Assembly (NCBI GenBank): GCA_020184695.1
Contig: JAANOX010000002.1
Location: 496,001 to 560,000 of the forward strand
DNA from: Histomonas meleagridis 2922-C6/04-290x
Taxonomy: Eukaryota; Protista; Parabasalia
Reading direction: 5' to 3'
DNA length: 64,000 nt
A program made the translations under genes and the position numbers. This document shows, piece after piece, positions 12,157 to 24,188 of this stretch. The first letter of the stretch is position 1. Every line of letters begins with the position of its first letter. The notes below the pieces were generated by a model. That model was not told where the DNA came from and searched no databases. It saw only the letters and a program-made list of their open reading frames with translations.

Positions 12157-12369
12157 TCTAAAAGTCCCACAAAATAAAGAGGAAACAAAATATAAATAAA
12201 AATAAATTTGTTTGCCTTAAAAATGTTTATTGTTACTATTTGAGATTGAATATATTCAGGTATTAATTAAATCTTTATCTGCCCATATCTATATTGAGTT
12301 CTGAAAAAAGAAATAATCGAGCTCTCTGTAATAGGAGTCTTTATTTTACTTAGGTAAGAAAATGAAATT

Positions 12370-12426
<57 letters not shown>
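12370..12426 (+). repeat. (AAC)19 microsatellite
   Basis: Perfect trinucleotide array between convergent genes. Confidence 0.97.
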
Positions 12427-12428
<2 letters not shown>

Positions 12429-12574
12429 AAATTGAAAATAAAAATTGAATTTAGAGACGTTCTCATTAATTTGTAATTGTTAGTAACAATGATTATTTCT
12501 ACATAACATTCGCAAAAAGAAAAAATAATTTCATAAATAATTAAACAAAAACAATTTTTTATTAACAATTTCGC

Positions 12575-14992
12575 TCAAAAATTCTTTTTTCTATCATTTC
12601 CCAAATTCGCCGCAATACCTCTTACATAATTTTCATATTGTTTTCCCAAATTTTTTCTTAATATATTTAAAGTATTTAACCTATACATAGTCTCATGTGT
12701 TTCAGCATGTTTGCTCAAATAAAACAACAAATCCAAGCAGAATGGTGTTGCTGGGTTTGCTTTTTCTATGAATTCCAGCAACGGCTTAATCACATCCAAA
12801 AAATTGACAGAGTAAATAACTTTGACAATTCTTGTCAAAGCGGACGTTAAGTATTGAATTAGTTTCGGTTTTTGTGTGCTCTTAATTTTCTCGACAATAA
12901 TTTCTGACATGTTATTGTCCTCGAGCAACTGTGCGAAATCCTGGTTTATTGTTGCGATATATTCTATTACCCAGCAAGCTGACAGTAGTGCTTGATTATC
13001 TCCATATTGTAAAACGTTTGAAATAAAATTCGCGGAAATCGGTAATGAACATAAATATTTTGCCCTGTTTTCATCTTGTAACAAAATTATGTACAACTTC
13101 AAAATGGAAGGCGCCTTCTGAGGTATTATCCCTAACCATAACTCTATGATACCTGGCTGTAATAGTACATAATTTTGTGATGAATTAATTCCAAGTCGAC
13201 ATAACAACAAAAGAGCATTCTCTGATTGAAACTGATAAACAGAAGTAATCAAAGCGCTGCATAAATTAAACAAAGGTTCGCCTTGAACATTTTTCGCATA
13301 TCTTAAGATACATTCCAACGCACAATTACGGAGCTGTGGGTTAGATGACACAATATGACTTAGAATATTTAACAATTGGAAACATGTTGAAGGCGCATTT
13401 ATCGAAAACGCTACTTCATAACCCGCAATTACATTTTCTGTTATTGACGAGCACGCGAAACTTGAAATTATTTCATAATTAATTAGAACGTTTTCATTGG
13501 CTAATATTCTTAAAGCCAAATGACCACCTTTAATATTAACTAAAGAGTTAATGTTATCTTTAAAGAATGTTATAATTAATTCTCTTAACTTCGAAGTCTT
13601 TGGTAACAATGATAATATTTTACATAACAAAATAATACATTTCTCGGATGACTTAATATCACTGATTAAATTAATAAATGAATTTATCATTTGTATTGTT
13701 ATTAATTCGGGTACAAAGCAAACAACATAAAGAAATAAGTCTAATGTAATCGGATTAATGTAACAATATAAATCTGTGACTTGTGATATCATTTGTAAGA
13801 TGGAATTCGTTTGTGCAAATGATATCGCAAGCTTTTGCATCAACGGAATGTTCTCTGGCGTCGCATTAACAAACGCATTTAAGAAGCGAGGCCAGATTTG
13901 CATCTTAGACATGGCGATGTCTGCAATATTATCCTCAAAGAAACGGACAGATGATATTATCTGTTTGTGCGTCCCATTCTTTAAGCCATCTAAATATGAA
14001 TTCGCTAATTGGATGATTTGGGGTGGCCCAATTTTGATGGAGCGACGCGTGTTTTGTGATATCGGCTGATGTGAACTGTTGCGGAGTATTGAATTGGTGG
14101 ACCCGGAACGTTTACGCTCAGTTTGATTGGTGAGTGAGTTGATGGCCTTTCGGAACTTTTCTTCGCTCGTGCCGGGAAAGAGATACTTTCCTTTCTCAAA
14201 GCCTTTGACTATTTCTTTGAAGGATGGGCGTTGGGTTGGATCAGTATCACGACATTGCTCAATTAACCTGGATAAATGCTTGGGACAATCTTCAGGTATC
14301 TCAAGCTGCTGATTTATGAGAATAAGATAAACAACTTGTGGAGCTTCTTTGTCACCAAACGGAACTTGTTCTGTTAGCATCTCCCATAAGATAGTGCCAT
14401 AGGAATAAACATCAACGGATTGGTCATAGTGTTCGTTTTTAATGAATTCTGGTGACATATAATTGGGTGTGCCACATTGGCCAGTCATAGTCGCTTGATC
14501 AACACGACGACTGGTTCCAAAATCACATATAACAGGAAGGCCACTCTCATCTAATAAGATATTTTGTGGTTTAAGGTCACGATGAATCATTTGTTTTTGA
14601 TGAAGATAATTCATGCCAAGAGCTACACAATATGCAATCAAGGTTTTGTCTAAAGGTGAAAGCCCTTTAGGAGAAGAGTGGATTGCATTATGTAATGAGC
14701 CATTTGGGATATACTTGGTAATAATGCAATAAGGTGACTTGACTGTGTACCCAACAAATGGTAGAAGAAAGGCATGACTTAGTGATGCTAGGCATTTTAC
14801 TTCACGAAGATAAAGTTGCTCGTTAGTTGGTGATAATGTTACTTCATGTAATTTTTTAATTGCAACTTTCTGTTTTGTTGGTATATGAATCCCCATTGAA
14901 ACTTCACCAAACGCACCATTCCCTATGGTTTTGATAAATTTTAAATCTTCGTAGCGAATGACAAATTGCGAGAGATCAATGGTGTCGTTCAT
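12575..14992 (-). CDS. TKL-family protein kinase with a long helical (ARM/HEAT-like) C-terminus
   Basis: GNGAFG, VAIK, HRDLKPQN, DFG, GTPNYMSPE, DVYSYG; Leu-rich helical tail. Confidence 0.93.
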   Translation of the reverse strand: MNDTIDLSQFVIRYEDLKFIKTIGNGAFGEVSMGIHIPTKQKVAIKKLHEVTLSPTNEQLYLREVKCLASLSHAFLLPFVGYTVKSPYCIITKYIPNGSLHNAIHSSPKGLSPLDKTLIAYCVALGMNYLHQKQMIHRDLKPQNILLDESGLPVICDFGTSRRVDQATMTGQCGTPNYMSPEFIKNEHYDQSVDVYSYGTILWEMLTEQVPFGDKEAPQVVYLILINQQLEIPEDCPKHLSRLIEQCRDTDPTQRPSFKEIVKGFEKGKYLFPGTSEEKFRKAINSLTNQTERKRSGSTNSILRNSSHQPISQNTRRSIKIGPPQIIQLANSYLDGLKNGTHKQIISSVRFFEDNIADIAMSKMQIWPRFLNAFVNATPENIPLMQKLAISFAQTNSILQMISQVTDLYCYINPITLDLFLYVVCFVPELITIQMINSFINLISDIKSSEKCIILLCKILSLLPKTSKLRELIITFFKDNINSLVNIKGGHLALRILANENVLINYEIISSFACSSITENVIAGYEVAFSINAPSTCFQLLNILSHIVSSNPQLRNCALECILRYAKNVQGEPLFNLCSALITSVYQFQSENALLLLCRLGINSSQNYVLLQPGIIELWLGIIPQKAPSILKLYIILLQDENRAKYLCSLPISANFISNVLQYGDNQALLSACWVIEYIATINQDFAQLLEDNNMSEIIVEKIKSTQKPKLIQYLTSALTRIVKVIYSVNFLDVIKPLLEFIEKANPATPFCLDLLFYLSKHAETHETMYRLNTLNILRKNLGKQYENYVRGIAANLGNDRKKNF

Positions 14993-16074
14993 TGAAGAAT
15001 CCTTGTTTCAATTAAACCGTTTATAATTCAAAACGTTGACTTCAACAACAATATCCTTTTTTTCATTCCTATAAAGAATGTGACGAATGTAAGTCTACAC
15101 CAAAAAATACGCATGACGCTTGTCTAAAAGATATTATAAAAAAAATTAAAATATTTGCAAATTCACCAATGATATCAAAAAAAAAAAAAAAAACATTATT
15201 AATTAAAGGAAAGGAAATTTATAAATCATTTCAACATTCTTGTAATCAATGTAATATTAATTAATTGGTATTGGTTGATTTTAAAAAAAAAAATCTAAAA
15301 GTTTCAATATGCTAAAGCACAACTTAAACATCTTTAGAATATTGCTTTTAGATTTTCTACAAGATAGTTATCAAATATAAGTTAGTTACATTATTTACAA
15401 TTTTGTGATTTAAGATTATTACCTCAGTATTTTTATTATTCACTCATTTATATGATCTGGTGTGAAAACCATTGATGATGTTATTATGTAAGAAATGGAA
15501 ATTTTAATTTCAGCATGAATATAATATCTGATCTATCAAAAACCAAAAGAAGATTTTTCGGGATATTTAATATACTGACATATGATAATTTGTAATTTCC
15601 ATTCAAACACACAAAAAATAATATAATCATTAATCAATTTTTTATGAATTCATTCATCAATTTTTTTTTTTTCTCGTTTCGAGGAATCTTGAAGATTAAT
15701 AAAACCAAGCAAAGGCAAATTTATGCTCAAATCAAATAAGCAGTACATTTAACCTGTTTTTGAGATTTAAGCTCTTCAAAAGTAAAATAGAATCATTCCT
15801 TTATTAAAGTCATTCCATTTATTTTGATTTTTAATGAAATGAATTACTTCTCATATGAATTAGAAATAATCTTTTGAAAATATTTTTGAATTGATTACAT
15901 TTACTTACTTATTTTTAATCCTTAACCTTGTTTGTGTGGATTTAGCAAGTTAACACTTGCTGAAGGCGCGATGGCTTTGAGCGCTAAAATTTCAATACTC
16001 GAATTGAATGGTTTACATAGCACGTTGCAGTAGCAGATGGAAGGGCTGGCGGGATCAAAATCATCTCATTTTCC

Positions 16075-16464
16075 ATGATGTTCGACGACTTTGGCAATGA
16101 CAACTTTCTCCAATTCCCACAAATGCAAAACGAATTTGATTATGATATGAATTTGTCTCCTGAAAGTATCCCAGAATTTAATCCAATGGATTCATTCGAA
16201 GATTTATCTGTATCTATTAACGGCTTTGAAGAAGATGATCTTATAACAGGTTGGAGTTCTTTAAAACAAGAACAACCAATAAAAATCAAAAGAAAGAAGG
16301 TCGTTCAAACAAAGAATGTTTCTGAGATTTCATCTGATTATAAAGAAATAAAGCCAATGATTTTAAGACCATTTGAGTCTTGCCAAGCAACAGAAACAAG
16401 TGTTATATATCTTAGAATGTGGTCAAACCAAATGTTTGGCAACACGGAAAATCATTATCCATAG
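16075..16464 (+). CDS. Small acidic hypothetical protein
   Basis: 129-aa ATG ORF with Inr-like TCATTT just upstream; acidic/Phe-rich N-terminus and a basic patch KIKRKK. Confidence 0.65.
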   Translation: MMFDDFGNDNFLQFPQMQNEFDYDMNLSPESIPEFNPMDSFEDLSVSINGFEEDDLITGWSSLKQEQPIKIKRKKVVQTKNVSEISSDYKEIKPMILRPFESCQATETSVIYLRMWSNQMFGNTENHYP

Positions 16465-16620
16465 ATGTTTCCATAAATATAGTTATTTGTTGAGTAAATA
16501 TTGACTCTCATTGATACAGCTAATTTTGGTTTGTTTTTTCAAGAAATCTCTCTTTCTTGAGTGTATTGCAAAAATTATGTCTTTACATGAAATGACTGTA
16601 ATGTGATATGAAATCAGCAA

Positions 16621-18495
16621 ATGTACTGGCTAATCTTTGTCTTAACTACCATCCTATTTGGGATAGCTGTTATTTTCTTGATCAAAGGTACAGGAATTTC
16701 ATTCAGTTTCCATGTTTTTATGGGTTGGCTTGTAGGTGCAATGTTAACAGGTTTTATTCTTTTTTCAATAACTTTTTATATACCATTATCAGAACAGATT
16801 ATCACTCTTATTAGCATTTTCCAAATTGCCTTCTTTGTAATTGTTTATTTGGGTTATTTCTTGTATTATCAAAAAGAATTCTTGAAGAAAATTTCAATGC
16901 CACTTGAACAGACACCTTACGTTTATCTATCTTTCATTATTGTTTCGCTTGTAACCATCAAATACTCGAAAATTGCATTCGATTCATTCCCCAAAGAAAT
17001 CCCAAGATTTGGTAAATTCATAATAGAAAGCGAATACTCTTTTATTTCTTCCATACTTACAGGTGTTAATACACATCGAGAACAATTTTGGAAACTTCGA
17101 GATCCAAATCTTGTTAATGCCACCTTTTCTTTCTCCCAATCCATACCTCTTTATTACTGTGCTAGTCTTATGGAATGCGGTGCCAATTATTCAGAAGTTT
17201 CATTATTAATTTCTTTTATTAATAGTCTCTGTACAACGTCTGCAATTTTCTTCTTTTGTCGCTTCTTTGCACCAAATCTTCAGTTTTGGGTCGTTATGTG
17301 CTATTTCTTTGGTGGCAGTTGGGCATTATTTAAATTATTAAATCCACAATATTCCTCAAATACCGACTTAGACTTTGTCCATCAATGTGGTATTGGTGGT
17401 CAAACTCCACATTATCAAACATTTTCATTCCATTTCATTATTTCCAAAGTTTCCTCATTTGTCATACCAATTTGCATATTTGCCATGACATGTATCCAAG
17501 GCAGCCAACGACCGTTTGTCAAAAGCTTGCCATCCTACTATATACTTGTTGGGCTTTTAGCGACTTTAATACCTTCCACTGCCACCAGTATATGTTTCTT
17601 TATATTTGCGTCCAACTATAAGCACGCGATATTGTACGTGTTACCATTTGCGTTGTCTCTCATCCCGAAAGTAATCAGCGAACGCTTTAGTTACTTCCCA
17701 GTATGGCGTGAATACCAAATGCAAGGCATCTTCTTTGCGCATTTTGTTACATTTTTAGATTCATATGGGTTACCATATCTTTTTATGTTTTTCTTTCCTT
17801 TTGCTATTAGTAGTAATAATAATGATGTGTATGAACATCGTGTGTTAACTGGATTGGTTGTGTTTGTTATTATGTGCTTTATGAGAGAAGGAATATCGCT
17901 TTTTGCTAATGATTTAGTTGTGAGTTCGATATTTTTACCAATGATAATGATGAACTTTATAATAATATTAAATAACATTAAGAATTCGAAACGTAAAATG
18001 AAAGGATTCGGTTTATTAATATTTATTATATGCTTTGGTATTTGTATCATTTCGGGATGTATATCGATTAATCGAATATTTAGAGAGAAAGTTAAAGAAA
18101 CTGATGTTAACGCTATAAACATTGGTAATTGGATCATTGATAACATACCAAATGATGAAACTATTTTAACTAATTCGATTGATAATCCAGTTTCATTCAT
18201 TAGTGGTTATCAAACATTAGTCTCGAATTATGATAATATGTTCTTGAAAGGGTATAACATATTCATAAGCACCAAAATTTTGGACATTATTAAGAAGTTT
18301 AATAACGGTGCGGAAATTATGAACGAGCTGAACATGACGTATTTGGTGGAGAATGTCCAAAATCCAATCGTTATAGCAAACATGACGCAAAGGAAATACT
18401 TCGATGTGCTGAACCAAAACGGTGAATGGCAAGTGCTCATGCTGAAGAAGGATATGTTCCCAAAGAAGAATGTGCAAAACGAGATGGAATATTGA
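16621..18495 (+). CDS. Multi-pass membrane protein (possible GT-C-type glycosyltransferase-like; function unassigned)
   Basis: 624-aa ORF with more than 10 hydrophobic segments and a soluble C-terminal domain. Confidence 0.75.
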   Translation: MYWLIFVLTTILFGIAVIFLIKGTGISFSFHVFMGWLVGAMLTGFILFSITFYIPLSEQIITLISIFQIAFFVIVYLGYFLYYQKEFLKKISMPLEQTPYVYLSFIIVSLVTIKYSKIAFDSFPKEIPRFGKFIIESEYSFISSILTGVNTHREQFWKLRDPNLVNATFSFSQSIPLYYCASLMECGANYSEVSLLISFINSLCTTSAIFFFCRFFAPNLQFWVVMCYFFGGSWALFKLLNPQYSSNTDLDFVHQCGIGGQTPHYQTFSFHFIISKVSSFVIPICIFAMTCIQGSQRPFVKSLPSYYILVGLLATLIPSTATSICFFIFASNYKHAILYVLPFALSLIPKVISERFSYFPVWREYQMQGIFFAHFVTFLDSYGLPYLFMFFFPFAISSNNNDVYEHRVLTGLVVFVIMCFMREGISLFANDLVVSSIFLPMIMMNFIIILNNIKNSKRKMKGFGLLIFIICFGICIISGCISINRIFREKVKETDVNAINIGNWIIDNIPNDETILTNSIDNPVSFISGYQTLVSNYDNMFLKGYNIFISTKILDIIKKFNNGAEIMNELNMTYLVENVQNPIVIANMTQRKYFDVLNQNGEWQVLMLKKDMFPKKNVQNEMEY

Positions 18496-19903
18496 CAAAA
18501 TAAAAAACAAATGTTGTTTGTTAAATAACCAATGAATAAAAATGATTTGGGTTATGAATGAATGCAAATTTTAAATTTCTGAATTTGAGTTTAGATTCTA
18601 ATATCCGCTATTTATGCTTGTTTTCTCATTATTTGATTTTATTTATTCTTTATTTATATATGCTTTTAATTATGTTTTATTTCATTTTTTCATTAAATTC
18701 TATATCTGTTGCTTTGTTGATATTTATTTATTCACTTTTTATAATTATTTCGTTGTTTATTTCATGAACATTCGCATTATCATAATTTTCATTTATTTCT
18801 TTGTTAACATTTGTTTCTTCACTATGTTCTGTTTGATTGTTTATATATTTGACATTTACATCATTGTTTTCTTCGTTATGAGTTTTATTATAACATTTGT
18901 ATCTGTTTCTTCTTCACGTACTTCGTTAACATATAAGTTATCATTTGTTTCTTCATTATTTTTTGTTTCTTGATTGACATTTGTTGCTTCATTCCTTTTG
19001 CTACTTTATTTGCATTCGTTTCTTTATTATATTGTTTCATTACAATATCTGTCCCATTTCCAAAAATGAAGATTTACATGATTATGTAATATATTAGTAG
19101 ATGACCAATTTATATTAAATCATTTATTTATTAATGAATTCATTTTTTCATCACCAGTATATTATTGAATATATATTAATATAATATTTTTTCTCATATG
19201 AATAAGCTTATTCGAATATACATGTAAAAATTTATTCACCTAATTTTTATTGATATATTTATCATTGTTGAACCTTAATAAAAAAATGATATACACAAAA
19301 CATAGAAAAAAATATTTTTATTGTTTTTTGTAACAACTCAAGGATATGCTTATGTTAAAATATAAATATTAATTTGTTCAGGATTATAAATTAGAACGTG
19401 TTTTGATTTTCAAGGTTTTGGTTGTTTTTATGCAAAGACCGTTATGGTGATAAAGCGGTTTGCCAACCGAAACCTAAGATATTTCAATAGTTTATTGGTT
19501 ATATGTCCCGCCAAAATTTAGCTTTGCAGGTTAAAAACCTTGGTTATTTCTTCTTTATAAAAAACTTTCTATGAGTGATTTAGCATTTAGACCTTATAAC
19601 AATTTTATTTTTTTTTGAACGTTTTATAAGAAACCATTAATATTAAGAAATTTCTAGGATCTGACGTTTTTAAAAATCTCAAAAATAAAATTTTTATTAT
19701 GAAATCTATAAAAAGTTACAACAAAATCTGTCCTTGACTGAAAAAAAAGAAACAAATTTTACAGGAACCTTATAAATTGAGAAACAGAACTTAGGTTATT
19801 TTATTGAACTTGAAAAGTTAACTGATCTAGCCGATAGCTATTGAAAATTTGAGTGAAGATGAGTGGCCGTTGCCTCTCAAATCGACGGCCAGGGATAATG
19901 ACT

Positions 19904-19909
19904 TCACTT
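19904..19909 (+). promoter_or_regulatory. Inr element of PFOR
   Basis: TCACTT immediately before ATG 19910. Confidence 0.75.
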
Positions 19910-22900
19910 ATGCTTAGGAACTTCGGAAAGAGAGTCCCAGGAGACGGTAACACCGCCGCAGCTTCAGTTGCTTATGCTCTTAGTGAAGCATCATTCATTT
20001 ATCCAATCACACCAGCAACCACAATGGGTGAATTAGTCGATGCATGGATCGCACAAGGAAAGAAGAACATTTGGGGTAATCCAGTCCACCTTAGAATGCT
20101 CGAATCAGAAGGTGGTGCTGCTGGTGCTGTTCATGGTGCAACATCAGTTGGTACTCTTACATCCTCTTTCACAGCCTCACAAGGTCTTCTTCTTATGATC
20201 CCAGATCTTTACAAGATCGCTGGTGAATATTGCCCAGCAGTTCTCCATGTCACAGCTCGTTCACTTTCACTTGGTGGTCTTTCAATCTATAACGATCATG
20301 GTGATGTTTATTGCGCACGTTCCACTAACATGCCAATGCTCTGCTCCAATGGAGTTCAAGAAGCCCACGATCTTGCTGCCATTGCTCACTTAACAACAAT
20401 CAAGACAGGTCTTCCATTCCTTCACTTCTTCGATGGCTTCCGTACATCCCACGAAATCAACACATATGAAGAAATTGATTATGATGTTCTCCGTAAACTT
20501 GTCGATGAAGATGCAATTGCCCGCATGCGTAAACGCTCATTAAACCCAGAACATCCAAGCGTTCGTGGTACCATTGTTGGTCCAGAATATGTTTGGCAAT
20601 CAGCCGAAAAGCCAGCCCGTGTATATGGCAGACTCGATAAGGAAGTCGAAGACATGATGGATCGCTTTGCTAAGCTCACAGGTCGTCACTACAAGCCAGT
20701 TCAATATGTTGGTACACCAAATGATGAATATGCAATTGTCATGCTTGGCTCAGGTAACGATACTGTTGAAGAATATATCCGTACACACCCAGGATGCAAG
20801 ATTGGTCTTGTTAAGATCCATCTTTACCGTCCATTCAAGGCCGAACGTATTCTTGCTGCTCTTCCACCATCAGTTAAAAGAATCTGTGTCATGGATAAAG
20901 TCCGTGATATCACTGGTGTTCGTGAACCACTTTACCTCGATGTTGCAGCAGCCCTCCAAAACAAACGTAACGTTGAAATCATTGGCGGCCGTTATGGAAT
21001 TGGTAGCAAAGATTTCGCCCCACAACACGTTGAAGCTATTGCTAAGAACCTCGTCTTACCTAAGCCAAAGGATCAATTCACAGTTGGCCTTAACGATCCA
21101 CAAACAGCTATCCCAGTTGGAGAACCAAAGGATTATCTCCCAAGCTCAACACGCCAATGCCTCTTCTGGGGTCTTGGTGCTGATGGTACAGTCGGTGCTA
21201 ACAAACAAGCTATCAAGCTCATTGTTTCTAACACAAAGCTTTATGGTCAAGCTTACTTCGCTTACGATGCACACAAGTCTGGTGGTTTAACACTCTCTCA
21301 CCTTCGTTTCGGTGAAAAGCCAATCGATGCACCATACTATGTCCAACAAGCAGACTATGTTGCATGTCATTGCCCATCTTACCTTAAGAAGTTCGATACA
21401 ATTTCACAACTCAAGCAAAACGGTACATTCGTTATGAACATTGCTGAAGGTACAGACTTCGATAAGGCACTCCCAGCTTCAATGCGTAAGAAGCTTGCCG
21501 AACGTAACGCTAAGATCTATTATATCGATGCTACAGCACTTTCATACAAACTCGGTATCCCAGGACGTATCAACATGATCATGCAAACAGTCTTCTTCGC
21601 ACTTGCTAATGTTCTTCCACAAGAGAAATGCATCCCACTCCTTAAGGAATCAATCGCTAAGCAATATGCTCGTAAGGGTAAGGACGTCATCCAAAAGAAC
21701 CAAGCAGCTGTTGACTCAGCACTCGCTGGTATCCATGAACTTAAGTACGACAGAGAAGCATGGTTGAAGCTTACACCAGAAACCAAACATGACGAAACAG
21801 GCTTCGACAAGATCGTCCAATGCTCAATCGAAAACCGTGGTGATGATATTTCTGTTGATGAAATCTCAGATTACACTGAAATCCCAGCCGGTACAGCCAA
21901 GAAAGAAAAGCGTGGTATCGCTGTCCAACTTCCAACATGGAACTCAAAGGTATGTATCCAATGCAACCAATGCTCAATCGTTTGCCCACACGCTGTCATC
22001 CGTCCATATCTTCTTAACGACTCAGAAGCTAAAGGACTTGTTACAGTTGCCGCTAAAGGTAAAGAACTTAAGGGTCTCAAGTACCGCATTCAAATCTCTC
22101 CACTCGATTGCACAGGCTGTGGTGTTTGCGTCAACGTTTGCCCAGTCAATGCATTATCAATGGTTCCATTCGAAAAGATTGCTGACCAAGAAAAGAAGAA
22201 TTTCGAACAATGCAGCGCAGCTCCAAACAGAGGAAATCTCGTCAGTCCTAAGACAGTCCGTGGCTCACAATTCCAATTACCACTTGTTGAATACAACGGT
22301 GCATGCCCAGGATGTGGTGAACCAGCTATCATCAAGCTCCTTACACAATTATATGGCGACCAACTTTACATGGCATGCGCTACTGGCTGCTCACTCATTT
22401 GGGGTGCTACATATCCATTCAACCCATTCTGCACTAATGATAAGGGACATGGTCCAGCTTGGGCTAACTCATTATTCGAAGATAACGCCGAATTCGGTTA
22501 TGGTATCTTTGAAGGTGTTCAAGCACGTCGTACAATTGCTAAGAACCTCATCAAGAACATTGTCAAGGCAGGAAAGGTCTCAGGTGAACTTAAGAACCTC
22601 TTCGAACAACTCCTCGAAAACTACGAATCCAAGAAGTCCATCGAAATTGCTGCTAAGATCCAACCACTTCTTAAGGCACTTCCAGACAATGATGCCGACA
22701 TCAAGCGTCTCAAGGCACAAGCTGATGTTCTCGCCCGTAAGTCCGTATGGATCATGGGTGGTGATGGCTGGGCCTACGATATCGGCTATGGTGGCTTAGA
22801 TCACGTTCTCGCATCTGGTGAAAACGTCAAAGTTGTTGTTCTTGATACTGAAGTTTACTCCAACACTGGTGGTCAATGCTCCAAGGCTACACAACGTGGT

Positions 22901-23389
22901 GCTGTCGCTAACTTCTCTGTTGCTGGTTACACCAAGCAAAAGAAGGATCTCGGTGCTATCGCTATGACATATGGAAACATTTATGTTGCTAACACATGCT
23001 TACTCGCTGATCCACAACAAGCTCTTAAGGCTTTGGTCGAAGCTGAAGAATATGACGGCCCAGCACTCATCATCAACTACTCACCATGCATCAACCACGG
23101 CGTCAAGAAGGGACTTGGTTCAACTCCAAAGCACTGCAAGGATCTCGTCAAGTCTGGCTACATCGTCCTCTACCGCTATGACCCACGCCGCGCTGCTGAA
23201 GGCAAAGTCGCATTCCAACTCGACTCTAAGGAACCAAACTATGACATTGCACCACTTGTCAAGTCTGAAAACCGTTTCGCTTCACTTGTCGATCTTTATC
23301 CAAACGAAGCCAAGGTCAAGCACCCACAACTTATCGCCGATCTTAAGCACCGTTACAATTACTATGCTTCACTTGCCAAGAAGAACTAG
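19910..23389 (+). CDS. PFO: Hydrogenosomal pyruvate:ferredoxin oxidoreductase (true start 19910, 1159 aa)
   Basis: Leader MLRNF/GKRVPGDGN, YPITP, ESEGGAAG, two 4Fe-4S motifs (CIQCNQCSIVCP, CTGCGVCVNVCP), CPGCGE, TPP motif GDGWAYDIG; strong codon bias of a highly expressed gene. Confidence 0.98.
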   Translation: MLRNFGKRVPGDGNTAAASVAYALSEASFIYPITPATTMGELVDAWIAQGKKNIWGNPVHLRMLESEGGAAGAVHGATSVGTLTSSFTASQGLLLMIPDLYKIAGEYCPAVLHVTARSLSLGGLSIYNDHGDVYCARSTNMPMLCSNGVQEAHDLAAIAHLTTIKTGLPFLHFFDGFRTSHEINTYEEIDYDVLRKLVDEDAIARMRKRSLNPEHPSVRGTIVGPEYVWQSAEKPARVYGRLDKEVEDMMDRFAKLTGRHYKPVQYVGTPNDEYAIVMLGSGNDTVEEYIRTHPGCKIGLVKIHLYRPFKAERILAALPPSVKRICVMDKVRDITGVREPLYLDVAAALQNKRNVEIIGGRYGIGSKDFAPQHVEAIAKNLVLPKPKDQFTVGLNDPQTAIPVGEPKDYLPSSTRQCLFWGLGADGTVGANKQAIKLIVSNTKLYGQAYFAYDAHKSGGLTLSHLRFGEKPIDAPYYVQQADYVACHCPSYLKKFDTISQLKQNGTFVMNIAEGTDFDKALPASMRKKLAERNAKIYYIDATALSYKLGIPGRINMIMQTVFFALANVLPQEKCIPLLKESIAKQYARKGKDVIQKNQAAVDSALAGIHELKYDREAWLKLTPETKHDETGFDKIVQCSIENRGDDISVDEISDYTEIPAGTAKKEKRGIAVQLPTWNSKVCIQCNQCSIVCPHAVIRPYLLNDSEAKGLVTVAAKGKELKGLKYRIQISPLDCTGCGVCVNVCPVNALSMVPFEKIADQEKKNFEQCSAAPNRGNLVSPKTVRGSQFQLPLVEYNGACPGCGEPAIIKLLTQLYGDQLYMACATGCSLIWGATYPFNPFCTNDKGHGPAWANSLFEDNAEFGYGIFEGVQARRTIAKNLIKNIVKAGKVSGELKNLFEQLLENYESKKSIEIAAKIQPLLKALPDNDADIKRLKAQADVLARKSVWIMGGDGWAYDIGYGGLDHVLASGENVKVVVLDTEVYSNTGGQCSKATQRGAVANFSVAGYTKQKKDLGAIAMTYGNIYVANTCLLADPQQALKALVEAEEYDGPALIINYSPCINHGVKKGLGSTPKHCKDLVKSGYIVLYRYDPRRAAEGKVAFQLDSKEPNYDIAPLVKSENRFASLVDLYPNEAKVKHPQLIADLKHRYNYYASLAKKN

Positions 23390-23549
23390 AGTTTCAGAAA
23401 TAAAATGCCTTAATTAATAATATTATTATTATGATTATCTTTTGTAATTGTTTTATTAATTCATCCACTGCAAAATCTTTTAAAAATAATATTTAGAACG
23501 TAATATGGCACCACGATGTAAAAGTCGTTGAAAATGTTTATTTTTAATG

Positions 23550-24188
23550 TTAAATATTCGACGAATTAATTGTAAATAGTGAAAGTGATTTTGTTTGTAT
23601 TTCATAATAAGAAAATGAATATGTAAATGATAATGTGGCTGTTAATAAATATGAAAAAGATTTCGTTATATCATTTTGAAATGATTCAGTAAATGCATTC
23701 GACTTTGAATATGTATTACTACAACTGAATGCATTTGACTGAGAATATGTATTACTTCGACTGAATGTATTTGACTGAGAATATGTATGTGAAGCTGAAA
23801 ATGAAAGTGTTGGAATTGGTTTGCAATTTCCTTCTGCTGATTTGATAACATTTAATGCGCCAAAGTTACTTTTTATATATGTTGGATATGTTATAACTGT
23901 TGTTGCAACATTAAAAAATGCTTTTTCTCCAATATCTGGTTCTGTGTCGCCATAATAATAAATGCATTCAAGTGCATCACAATTACCAAATGCTGAACCT
24001 CCAATTTCTTTTATTCCATAGCCAAGTGTTAACATTATTAAATTAGAACATGATGAAAATGCTGAATTACCAATCGATGCGACTGAATTTGGAATTGTAA
24101 TGTTTTTGATTGATGAACATGCTGAAAATGCTGAACCGCCAATTGCTGTAACATTTTCTCCAAAAATAATCGTTTCTAAATTATGCAC
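23550..24188 (-). pseudogene. Truncated BspA-like (LRR_5/TpLRR) surface-protein fragment with a Ser/Thr-rich stalk
   Basis: VTAIGGSAFSACSSIKNITIPNSVASIGNSAFSSC repeats and 12-aa SNxFSxSNTYS repeats (36-nt DNA period). No ATG, signal peptide or transmembrane anchor. Confidence 0.75.

Noticed and set aside
12368-12568. Poly-Cys ORF
   Set aside because: Translation of the (AAC)n microsatellite on the reverse strand.
18558-19100. Hydrophobic plus-strand ORFs
   Set aside because: Antisense of a decayed A-rich, N/E-coding-like low-complexity tract; no convincing gene.
19853-19909. Upstream GTG/ATG extension of PFOR in the track
   Set aside because: The Inr sits directly before ATG 19910, and MLRNF/G is the recognisable hydrogenosomal leader.
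20479-23417. Several overlapping or antisense ORFs (up to 336 aa) within PFOR
   Set aside because: Shadows produced by strong codon bias; no motifs.
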